A DNA stretch of 64,000 nt from Thermoproteota archaeon (lineage in GTDB: Archaea; Korarchaeota; Korarchaeia; Korarchaeales; Korarchaeaceae). The notes under the pieces were generated by a model. That model saw nothing but the letters and a program-made list of their open reading frames with translations. It was not told the origin of the DNA and did no database searches. The stretch lies in the NCBI GenBank assembly GCA_026986575.1, contig JALSOH010000004.1, forward strand, positions 672,001-736,000, read 5' to 3'. The position numbers and the translations under genes were made by a program. Positions 9,515-17,267 of the stretch are shown here, piece by piece (within the stretch, counting starts at the first letter, position 1; each line of letters starts with the position of its first letter).

Positions 9515-9816
9515 CACTTTTGTTTCAGTCTGACGAGCTTGAACACAACTGTTCCACCACATGTGAGCGGGGGCCCGGGATCAGGACACTGCACACGTCC
9601 AACATCCCCCTCACCTATTCCCAATTGATCTGCAGGCACTCCGTGCGAGAAGGGGGAAAGAAGGGTTGCCATAGCAGTCAGGGCGTGGAGACAGATCCTC
9701 ACATCCTCCTCCCCTTCGATGTAGAAGCCTCTCAAGGTGAAGGAATCGCCCTTGCGGTATTTAGCTGCGCAATATCCTCTAACCTCCTCCACCTCTATCT
9801 CGACTCTGTGTAGCAT
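9511..9816 (-). CDS. TIGR04076-like small Cys-containing protein
   Basis: EVRGYC, ICLHAL, VQCPDPGPP..GGTVVF pattern. Confidence 0.7.
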   Translation of the reverse strand: MLHRVEIEVEEVRGYCAAKYRKGDSFTLRGFYIEGEEDVRICLHALTAMATLLSPFSHGVPADQLGIGEGDVGRVQCPDPGPPLTCGGTVVFKLVRLKQKC

Positions 9817-9822
9817 GAAGGC

Positions 9823-10404
9823 TCACCTCAAGAGTATCTCGTCCAGTCTGACTAGTACTGCTCCTTCCCTTACCATCTCGTCCTTGGCCCTCTCCTCATT
9901 ACTCGGATCTATACCCCTCACTGCATCTTCCACGATGAAGACCTCGAATCCCAGCCTCAGCGCATCTAGGACGGTGGCCCTAACGCAGTACTCGGTCGCG
10001 ACGCCTCCCACGAAGAGCCTCTTCACCCCTCTCTCCTTGAGGATCTCCTCCAAGTCAGTCCCCTCGAAACCCGAGTACGCATCCTTATCTCTATCTGTCG
10101 CCTTGGAAACTATCATGGCACCTTCGGGGACCATCAGATCGGGGTGAAACTCAGCACCCTCGCTTCCTTGGACGCAGTGAGGGGGCCAAGGACCGCCTCT
10201 CTGCTTGAAGGATACGTGGTCGGGAGGGTGCCAGTCCCTAGTGTAGATCACGGTGAAACCCCTCTCGGCGAAATGAGAGATCAGGACATTCAAGGGTGCC
10301 ACCACCTCGTCCCCCTTGGGGACGGGGAGGGCGCCCCCAGGCATGAAGTCCCTCTGAACATCCACCACGATGAGCGCGGGATTCCGGACCGGTGCTACCC
10401 TCAT
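9823..10404 (-). CDS. pncA: Nicotinamidase/pyrazinamidase
   Basis: VDVQRDFMPGGAL, DWHP..H.SF, WPPHCVQ, YSGF, GVATEYCV. Confidence 0.92.
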   Translation of the reverse strand: MRVAPVRNPALIVVDVQRDFMPGGALPVPKGDEVVAPLNVLISHFAERGFTVIYTRDWHPPDHVSFKQRGGPWPPHCVQGSEGAEFHPDLMVPEGAMIVSKATDRDKDAYSGFEGTDLEEILKERGVKRLFVGGVATEYCVRATVLDALRLGFEVFIVEDAVRGIDPSNEERAKDEMVREGAVLVRLDEILLR

Positions 10405-10460
10405 AGGGTGAATGTGAGCGTGGACCTCATAAACTTAGAAAGGTAGGGAGGTGTGGAGGA

Positions 10461-11507
10461 TCAGACCTCCAGCTCATCCAAGAAGTCGGGAATCCAAGAG
10501 AACATATCCTGCGAGACCCTGGCCACCATGTCCACTCCCACTACCTCGCTGGGGTAGACGGGGATGTAGGACCTCACCAAGGGTCCGAGGTCCCTCTCTA
10601 TCTCGGCCATGTACCCGAGCTGCTCCCTGTACTTGTTCCTTATGTACTCATTTGTCGTCGCCTCAGCGACTGCCTTAGGTATCACCTGATTCACGATGAC
10701 CCCGCCGACGGGAATGTCGAAGCCCTTCACCATCTTGATGAACCTCTTAACTACCGCTATGGGTAAGGAGAGCGGTAATGTGACGAAGAAGAACGCAGTG
10801 AGCTCCTCGTTGAGCAGAATGTCCTTGACCCTGTTGAACCTGTCTTGCATGGACAGAAGGTCGGCCATTAGGGGATCCTTCTTTATCTCCTCCATCACCT
10901 TCTCCTTGCGGAAGGACAGCTTTACCCTCAACGATAAAGCCTCCTTCCTGCTCTCAATCATCCTCTCAAGCCAAAGCCCGTAGATCTTGCTCAAACCTAT
11001 CAGTCTGGCCGCGTTAGCGACGGCGGCAGTGTCGAAGACAACCACATCATACTCCTCACCCTGCTGGAGCACCACATCCATCATCTTATCGAACATCGCC
11101 GACTCTTGGAAGGCCGGGTTCGTGGTAGCTATGTCAATGAAGGGCTTAGGATCCATGGGTATGTCAGCCCACTTAAGGAACTCCGAAAGCCTCTTCGCAA
11201 TGTTTTGCTTGTACTTCTCCACCACATCATCTATCTCCACTTCGAGGGCGTAAAGATTAGGAGCCCCCTCCACAGGCTTTATCACTCCTCCCCTCAGGTC
11301 CTGACCAAACAGGCTTGATAGTGAGTGTACAGGGTTGAGGGACACAAGAAGAGTCTTCTTCCCATCCTTGGCGAACCTGTATGCAAGGCCAGCAGCTGAT
11401 ATAGTCTTCCCGACGCCCCCTTTACCTCCGGTGAAGAGGAACTTGAGCTTAGGCTTCTTGGAGAGGAACTCGGGCATCAACACCTTCTCCTCCAAGCTCA
11501 CCACCAT
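10461..11507 (-). CDS. ArsA/Get3-family ATPase, degenerate copy
   Basis: GGKGGVGKT P-loop; switch I reads NPVHSL; switch II reads DTAAVAN; VIVNQ; no Cys. Confidence 0.9.
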   Translation of the reverse strand: MVVSLEEKVLMPEFLSKKPKLKFLFTGGKGGVGKTISAAGLAYRFAKDGKKTLLVSLNPVHSLSSLFGQDLRGGVIKPVEGAPNLYALEVEIDDVVEKYKQNIAKRLSEFLKWADIPMDPKPFIDIATTNPAFQESAMFDKMMDVVLQQGEEYDVVVFDTAAVANAARLIGLSKIYGLWLERMIESRKEALSLRVKLSFRKEKVMEEIKKDPLMADLLSMQDRFNRVKDILLNEELTAFFFVTLPLSLPIAVVKRFIKMVKGFDIPVGGVIVNQVIPKAVAEATTNEYIRNKYREQLGYMAEIERDLGPLVRSYIPVYPSEVVGVDMVARVSQDMFSWIPDFLDELEV

Positions 11508-12499
11508 AGCAGGTCCCTCCTCGAGTTCATCAGGTCCTCAGCGACCTTCGCAATCATCTCCAATCCTTTGGGCTCTCTATCATACATGGGAATTATTGCA
11601 GCGATCAGGTCTTCGAACTTCTCTCTTATCTCCAGCAAGTGTTTCTCCTGCATCTCTATTTTCTTTCTCAAGAGTTCTGGAAGATCGGGCTTGTTCAACA
11701 GGTCCCTAGGATATATCTGATTGACGATCACGCCGGACATCTCTATGTTCAGCTCCCTGAACATCTCTAGCGCGCGTTCCGTATCCAGTATGGCCATCTT
11801 CTCCGGTACCATTACCATGAAGAAGGCCGTCTTCTCGGAGTTGGTCATCAGCTCGGTGAAAGTGGTCATCTTCTTCCTTATCTCCTCCAGTTCCTTTAGG
11901 ACCATGTCCTCGGTCTGCATCCCTCCCTTCAGAGTTGCAGCCACGGCCTCGTACTCAGCAGCCTCTTTCCTGGCCTCAGTTATCTTGTCCACCCAGGCGC
12001 TGAGGATCTCAGCCATCGCCACCATTCTGACCCCATGACCGAATGGAGGCATATCGAAGACGTAGAGGTCATACTCTCCCGAGGCCACCAGATCTGCCAT
12101 CGCATCGTACGTCGCTGATTCGTACATAGCCGGCTCGGCGGAGGTGCTATCTATGTACTCTTCAATCTCTTTGGGGAGTTCCTCCAGTCCATACATGTCC
12201 ATTATCTTATGTTTAATCTCCTGTTGGTACTCGGCTATTTTCTTGTCCGCGTCTATCTCTACTACGTAAAGATTGGGCGCAACTTCCACGACTCCCTTAC
12301 CGAAGAGGTCCCTCTCGAAGATGTCGCTCAGTGAAGCTTGGGGGTCAGTGCTGAAGCAGAGGACCTTCTTCCCCTCATTCACGGCCATATGGTAGCTAAG
12401 GGCGGCACTGCTAGTGGTCTTTCCCAAACCACCCTTCCCAGCGAACACCACCACCTCTATATTCGGCTTCCTCTCGAAGAATTCAGCTAAACCCACCAT
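11498..12499 (-). CDS. ArsA/Get3-family ATPase
   Basis: GKGGLGKTT, STDPQASLSD, DMPPFGH, PEKMAILDTER, VIVNQ. Confidence 0.92.
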   Translation of the reverse strand: MVGLAEFFERKPNIEVVVFAGKGGLGKTTSSAALSYHMAVNEGKKVLCFSTDPQASLSDIFERDLFGKGVVEVAPNLYVVEIDADKKIAEYQQEIKHKIMDMYGLEELPKEIEEYIDSTSAEPAMYESATYDAMADLVASGEYDLYVFDMPPFGHGVRMVAMAEILSAWVDKITEARKEAAEYEAVAATLKGGMQTEDMVLKELEEIRKKMTTFTELMTNSEKTAFFMVMVPEKMAILDTERALEMFRELNIEMSGVIVNQIYPRDLLNKPDLPELLRKKIEMQEKHLLEIREKFEDLIAAIIPMYDREPKGLEMIAKVAEDLMNSRRDLLWW

Positions 12500-12518
12500 G
12501 GAACCACTCTCCCGCTCC

Positions 12519-12842
12519 TCAGCCGCTCAGTAGATCGGTGAAGTCTCTCTCCCTGAACAGCCTCTCCTTCCACGACTTTATATTGGGAACGACGTAGGGT
12601 AAGATCTTCAACGAGTAGTAGGGTGGGATTATCGGGAAGCCCAGCATGTCACCCAAAGTCATCAGCATGAAGAGGTGCTCCATGTGCATCCTGGTCTTCA
12701 GGGCCGCGGTAGCTGCCCCGTGGACAGCGAAGCCATAGAGCACGCCCTTAAGGGCCTCGGAAACTCCTTCCTTCTTTTCTTCCTTCTTTTCCTTATTCTT
12801 TCTACCGAATAACGGGATAGGGATCACCTCCCAATCGAGCAT
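12519..12842 (-). CDS. Small CstA/ArsA-associated protein (cory-CC-star-like); track ORF over-extended into cstA
   Basis: HLFMLMTLGDMLGFPIIPPYYSLKILPYVVPNIKSWKER; paralogous to 14718-14984; first in-frame ATG after the cstA stop is at 12842. Confidence 0.75.
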   Translation of the reverse strand: MLDWEVIPIPLFGRKNKEKKEEKKEGVSEALKGVLYGFAVHGAATAALKTRMHMEHLFMLMTLGDMLGFPIIPPYYSLKILPYVVPNIKSWKERLFRERDFTDLLSG

Positions 12843-12862
12843 GAAAAAGGGAAATAAAAGGT
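12843..12862 (-). terminator. Pyrimidine/oligo-T tract after cstA
   Basis: Minus strand reads CCTTTTATTTCCCTTTTT directly after the cstA stop. Confidence 0.45.
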
Positions 12863-14596
12863 TTAGGGAGAGACAGCCTTGGCCTCTACTTCTCCTTTTC
12901 TGACCTTGAAGTAGGCGCTCCAGAGGGCGTAGCTCATGTAGATGCCAAGCACGAAGAGCACTATGCCTATGACGAAGAAGAGCGCATTGAGGGCCCACGC
13001 CGCCCCGGGATACTGGGTCAGCGGCGGTTTCGCCAGCGGCTTCTTTATACCGAAGGTACTCAGTCCGAAGGTGTATATCTCCCAGAGGAGGGCGGAGAGG
13101 GTGACGATGGTCATGAACGCGGCTGGCACGGCGGAATACCACGAGGGCTTGTTCATCTTGGCAACATAGAAGGCCACCAGCGTGAGGGCCATCGCAGCCA
13201 GCAGCTGGTTGCTACCACCGAAGTATATCCACAAGTTTATCCAGCTTCCGGTCAATGCGAATATGATGGGCAGTATCAGACCTATCACGGTGGCTACATA
13301 CTTGTTCCCGAGCCACTCCCAAGATCCCCTGAAGAGCTCGGCGCTGAACACACGCCAGTACCTTGTGACGAGCGCCTGCACAGTTATAGCATAAATGACG
13401 AGGAATATCGAGAAGAACGTCAGTAGATACGCCTTTGAAGCATCCCCTCCGAGGAACGGGGCGGTCAGCAAGGTGGCTCCGTTAACGAAGGCCGATATCT
13501 TACCCTTAGCTATGAGATCCGGCGAGACGACCATGTAGGCAGCCAGAGCTGAGGTGGCGAGCAGACCCTCGGTGAGCATTGCTCCAGCCCCTACTGGCCT
13601 GGCATCGGTCTCCACGTCAAGCTGCTTCCCAGTCGTGGAGGTGCTGACGAGGCTGTGCCATCCCGATATCGCACCGCATGCTATAGACACGAAGAGGATC
13701 GGGAATATCGGACCTACGTTCTGGACGTACCATCCCTTGAACGCTGGCTGGATAAGCTTCATGCCGGTAGCAGGAGATATGAGGGCGCCGAATATTATCA
13801 GCAGGACCCCTCCTATGGCCGGAAATACTGCCACGAAGTTCATCGGGGTGATGAACTTGGGAAGCGGGACTATGGCTCCGACGAAGAGTATTATCGCGAG
13901 GATTATCGACCACACTTGGATGGACCACGGGCCGAAGAAGTCCTTAGGCGGCCACGCCACAGCAGTGCCTACCCCAACACTGATCAGCGTGAGTATTATC
14001 GCCAGTGCGGTTACGCCGAAGATGTTAGCCTTGTACTTGTAGAGGAGCTCTCCCACTATGAGACCGGTTATTATGATGCCTATGGTTGCTATGAAGGAAC
14101 CTGGGAAGACGTTCCAGAATAGCGATACAAGATAGATGAACACCGCCGAGATTATCAGCAGGTAGAAGAGCAAGTATGCCAGCAGTATCTTCCTTCCCCT
14201 CTCTCCTATAGCGTTATAGACGAGGGGACCCATGGATCTGCCCTCGTTCCTGACCGTGAGCATTATGGTGCTGTAATCTTGGACCCAACCGATGAACATG
14301 TTCCCTATTACTATCCAAATGAGGGCTGGCAGCCAGCCGTAGGCGACGGCTATGAACGGTCCCAAGATGGGTCCCAAGGCAGCTATGCTCTTGAACTGGA
14401 ATCCATAGAGGACGTATCTACTTACTGGAAAGTACTCCACGCCGTCCAAGTACATGTGGGCTGGTGTAACCTTCTTCTCGCTTACCTCCCAGATGTGCTC
14501 GTCGACCCACTTGGCGTACACGTAGTAGGCGAATCCGTAAGCAACTAGAGCCCCGATTATCCAGAGGGAGGGGGTCTCCAAGAACGCTACCTGCAT
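12863..14596 (-). CDS. cstA: Carbon starvation protein A family transporter
   Basis: TPAH..DGVEYFP, FKSIAALGPILGP, ACGAISGWHSL, GAMLTEG, FGGSNQLLA; many TM helices. Confidence 0.93.
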   Translation of the reverse strand: MQVAFLETPSLWIIGALVAYGFAYYVYAKWVDEHIWEVSEKKVTPAHMYLDGVEYFPVSRYVLYGFQFKSIAALGPILGPFIAVAYGWLPALIWIVIGNMFIGWVQDYSTIMLTVRNEGRSMGPLVYNAIGERGRKILLAYLLFYLLIISAVFIYLVSLFWNVFPGSFIATIGIIITGLIVGELLYKYKANIFGVTALAIILTLISVGVGTAVAWPPKDFFGPWSIQVWSIILAIILFVGAIVPLPKFITPMNFVAVFPAIGGVLLIIFGALISPATGMKLIQPAFKGWYVQNVGPIFPILFVSIACGAISGWHSLVSTSTTGKQLDVETDARPVGAGAMLTEGLLATSALAAYMVVSPDLIAKGKISAFVNGATLLTAPFLGGDASKAYLLTFFSIFLVIYAITVQALVTRYWRVFSAELFRGSWEWLGNKYVATVIGLILPIIFALTGSWINLWIYFGGSNQLLAAMALTLVAFYVAKMNKPSWYSAVPAAFMTIVTLSALLWEIYTFGLSTFGIKKPLAKPPLTQYPGAAWALNALFFVIGIVLFVLGIYMSYALWSAYFKVRKGEVEAKAVSP

Positions 14597-14717
14597 ATTT
14601 ACCCCCCTGAAAGTGACCTTTAAGTAGGTAAGGCGATCAGTTAGCTAATTAACTTTGCTATATACGTCTTTTGCTTATACTATGGAAAGATTTTTCACAA
14701 ATTGTGTGAATGGATTT

Positions 14718-14984
14718 TCATACGGTTTCCGGGACCTCCTCCGTTATATCCCTCTCCCTGAGCTGCCTCTGCTTCCAACCCTCTATCTCAGGCAACAGAT
14801 AAGGAAGGAGCCTCAGCATGATGGGTGTGGTCATGAGTGGGAGGCCAAGCAGTTCTCCCATGATCAGGAGGTTTACCGCATCCCTCAGCTTAGCCGCCTC
14901 CTTCCTCGTCTCCCAGTAAAGGTCGAAGTAGAAGAGCCCGAAGAGGAACTCCTTAGCAGCTCTCTTAAATTCCTCCCATCTCAT
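14718..14984 (-). CDS. Small CstA/ArsA-associated protein, paralog 2 (track start 15002)
   Basis: LLIMGELLGLPLMTTPIMLRLLPYLLPEIEGWKQRQLRERD aligns with the 12519 protein. Confidence 0.75.
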   Translation of the reverse strand: MRWEEFKRAAKEFLFGLFYFDLYWETRKEAAKLRDAVNLLIMGELLGLPLMTTPIMLRLLPYLLPEIEGWKQRQLRERDITEEVPETV

Positions 14985-15438
14985 GGCAGAGGACACCCAC
15001 ATCCTCGAGTATCTTCATTACATCCAGATGGGACGGGCCCTTAAACATTATCTGAATGGTCCTATCCGTGACATCGCAGTAATGGACCGTGAACAGATGA
15101 TTCCTATTCCTACCCGTTATGATTCCCCTCCCCACGTAGTACGCGGCTGGATGACCCCCCATCTCCGTTTCACCGGTCCTCTCTATCCTAATCCTAGGTT
15201 TCAGATCCTTCCTGCCAGGTCTGACCACGATCCTCATGTCCACAGCGTAGCTTGGGGTCGCTAATACATGATAGCTCTCCCCGTAGGTCACGTAAGCTAT
15301 GTGACCTCTCCTCTCGTACTGAGTAATGTCCGATCCGTAGGCCGTGGCCATGACTTCCGCTTCATCCGGCACGGTGAGTGTTAGGAAGTCCACTGTACCG
15401 AACAGGGAACTGACTGCCCTTATGTGTACCCGCTTCAT
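14965..15438 (-). CDS. Hypothetical protein
   Basis: 157-aa ORF overlapping the next gene's start; HYCDVTDRT and terminal LCHE. Confidence 0.65.
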   Translation of the reverse strand: MKRVHIRAVSSLFGTVDFLTLTVPDEAEVMATAYGSDITQYERRGHIAYVTYGESYHVLATPSYAVDMRIVVRPGRKDLKPRIRIERTGETEMGGHPAAYYVGRGIITGRNRNHLFTVHYCDVTDRTIQIMFKGPSHLDVMKILEDVGVLCHEMGGI

Positions 15439-15486
15439 CGCTCCAGCCGCACTCGCGGGTAGGCTTTATCCTTTACTCGATGCAAT

Positions 15487-15996
15487 TTGGGACGTATGTA
15501 CGAAATCGAGGTAGTGATAGCCATATCGGCCGTGCTAGCTGGCTGGTATTTCTTGGGCTCCTATCAGAATAGGAAGCTAACCTCCAAAGTGTGGAGTGCA
15601 GTGCTGGAACAGATGGAGGAATTCGCCTCGGAGATGGCTGCTAGGGAGCTTGGCGGCTCAGCTTTCATAGCCGTGGCTAAGGGAACTCGATCTCCATTTA
15701 GAAGGATTGAGATGGCCTATACAAGCCTCCCGAGGGAGATCTTGATCAACTACCTGATATCTAAGGCGATGGGGAGGAGAGATCTCCTCTCAGTGGTGGC
15801 CGACTTCAACACCACCCCGAAGGGCGAGAGAACTCTGAAGGACTTTCCCGATTTGGCGGTGGATGCGCTCTCCCTAAGGATACAAGGAGGGAATCCTAAC
15901 CTCAGAATCATCATGTCAGCCGAGCAGGTGCTGAATGGCTCCCTTGAGAGGATCTTATCAGCAGTCAGGGCAGCGTGCAGCTCAGGCCTGTGCTGA
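15487..15996 (+). CDS. Single-TM membrane protein, CCDC47/DUF1682-like by eye
   Basis: N-terminal TM ending WYFLGSYQNRKL; LPREILINYLI...RRDLL. Confidence 0.7.
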   Translation: MGRMYEIEVVIAISAVLAGWYFLGSYQNRKLTSKVWSAVLEQMEEFASEMAARELGGSAFIAVAKGTRSPFRRIEMAYTSLPREILINYLISKAMGRRDLLSVVADFNTTPKGERTLKDFPDLAVDALSLRIQGGNPNLRIIMSAEQVLNGSLERILSAVRAACSSGLC

Positions 15997-16401
15997 TCAC
16001 TCGAGCTCAGGTATGAAGACCCTAACAGAACCTCTGTCCTCATAGGAGCTGAAGATCTCACCCGCCTTTCTTATCCCGCTCAAGATAGATTCGAAGAACT
16101 CATTGACGCTCATTCCCAATCGATCGGCCGACTTGGCGACCTCCCCAGCTCCCCTAACCCAGAAGGTGACCATCCCGGTGTAGACGCCCAGCCTCAGGTG
16201 GGTGGGCACGGGACTCCCCATGGGGAGGAACGCGTAACCTTCGGCCCTCCTACTGGGCAGAAACCCCAGTTTCTCCATTTCTTCCACTAACTCCGATATC
16301 AGACCCTCCAGATCCTTGGGATCTAGGTAAGCGTACATCTCCACTTTTATCAGGAAGCTCTCGTAGTCCATCTCAATCCCGGATAGGGGAAGGGTCACCA
16401 T
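15997..16401 (-). CDS. Hypothetical protein
   Basis: 134-aa ORF filling the gap after ubiA, same strand. Confidence 0.6.
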   Translation of the reverse strand: MVTLPLSGIEMDYESFLIKVEMYAYLDPKDLEGLISELVEEMEKLGFLPSRRAEGYAFLPMGSPVPTHLRLGVYTGMVTFWVRGAGEVAKSADRLGMSVNEFFESILSGIRKAGEIFSSYEDRGSVRVFIPELE

Positions 16402-16412
16402 AAAAATGCAGC

Positions 16413-17267
16413 TCAGTGGGGGAGGAGATCCAGCATGAGCCCGAATCCCAAGAGTAGGCTTACAACCAAGTTGACGTTGAAGGCCCTAGCGTACATCCCC
16501 CTCCTAGCGAGGTAGTGCTGGTAACCTAGCAGCACAGCCGTAAGGCAGATTGAGATCGCTGAGAACACGCCATTGATTGCACTCAACAGCAGGACCAAGA
16601 CCGTACCCACATGTAAGAGGAGCGAGAGGTTGAGGGCTACTCTCTCCCCGAAGCACGCCGGAACAGATTTAATCCCCAGCCTCCGATCTATACTCACATC
16701 CTGCACAGCGTACACCATGTCGAAGCCCGCTACCCACATGGCTAGGGCAATCGCGTAACCCCAAGGCAGGTTGGACACGCTGTTCGACATGGCTATCGCT
16801 CCTGCAAGCGGGACCGCTCCGAGCACGGCGCCTAGGTGGAAGTGAGGGAAGCAGTGGATCCTTTTAGCGAAGGGATAGGTGACCTCCGCTAGTATTATGG
16901 GAAAAGCTAAGAGGAAGGCTAGCCAATTGAAGTATAGCGCGCTGAGGGCGAATATGGAGGAGAAGAGAACTATGAGTAGGACCACGGTCAGAGCCCTCGC
17001 CTCCCCGGTTACGAGGGGCCTGCTGGCCGTCCTAGGGTTCAGGGCATCCAAATCCCTGTCGAAGAGGTCGTTAGACAGTAAAGCGACGGATCTAGCTGAG
17101 AAGAGGGCGACACCTATCATCAAAGCGTCCAGCCAGTCGCTCAGTCCGAACATCAGCGCTCCGACATAGGCGAAGGGTAGGCTGAAAAGGGTGTGGTGAA
17201 TCCTCAGCATCCTCACGTAGGTCCTAAATCCCAAGCTCGGACCACCTCTCATCCACTCTCCTCGCAA
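16413..17267 (-). CDS. ubiA: UbiA-family polyprenyltransferase (MqnP-like); true start likely about 10 codons downstream
   Basis: HTLFSLPFAY, NDLFDRDLDALNPRT..RPL, YPFAKR, WVAGFDMVYAVQD..D. Confidence 0.9.
   Translation of the reverse strand: MRGEWMRGGPSLGFRTYVRMLRIHHTLFSLPFAYVGALMFGLSDWLDALMIGVALFSARSVALLSNDLFDRDLDALNPRTASRPLVTGEARALTVVLLIVLFSSIFALSALYFNWLAFLLAFPIILAEVTYPFAKRIHCFPHFHLGAVLGAVPLAGAIAMSNSVSNLPWGYAIALAMWVAGFDMVYAVQDVSIDRRLGIKSVPACFGERVALNLSLLLHVGTVLVLLLSAINGVFSAISICLTAVLLGYQHYLARRGMYARAFNVNLVVSLLLGFGLMLDLLPH

Noticed and set aside
10461-12499. Arsenic resistance operon
   Set aside because: No metalloid-binding Cys set and no arsB/acr3/arsC/arsD/arsR in the window
12843-13142. 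N-terminal 100 aa of the 207-aa track ORF
   Set aside because: Out-of-frame overlap with the cstA 3' end; the real small gene starts after the cstA stop
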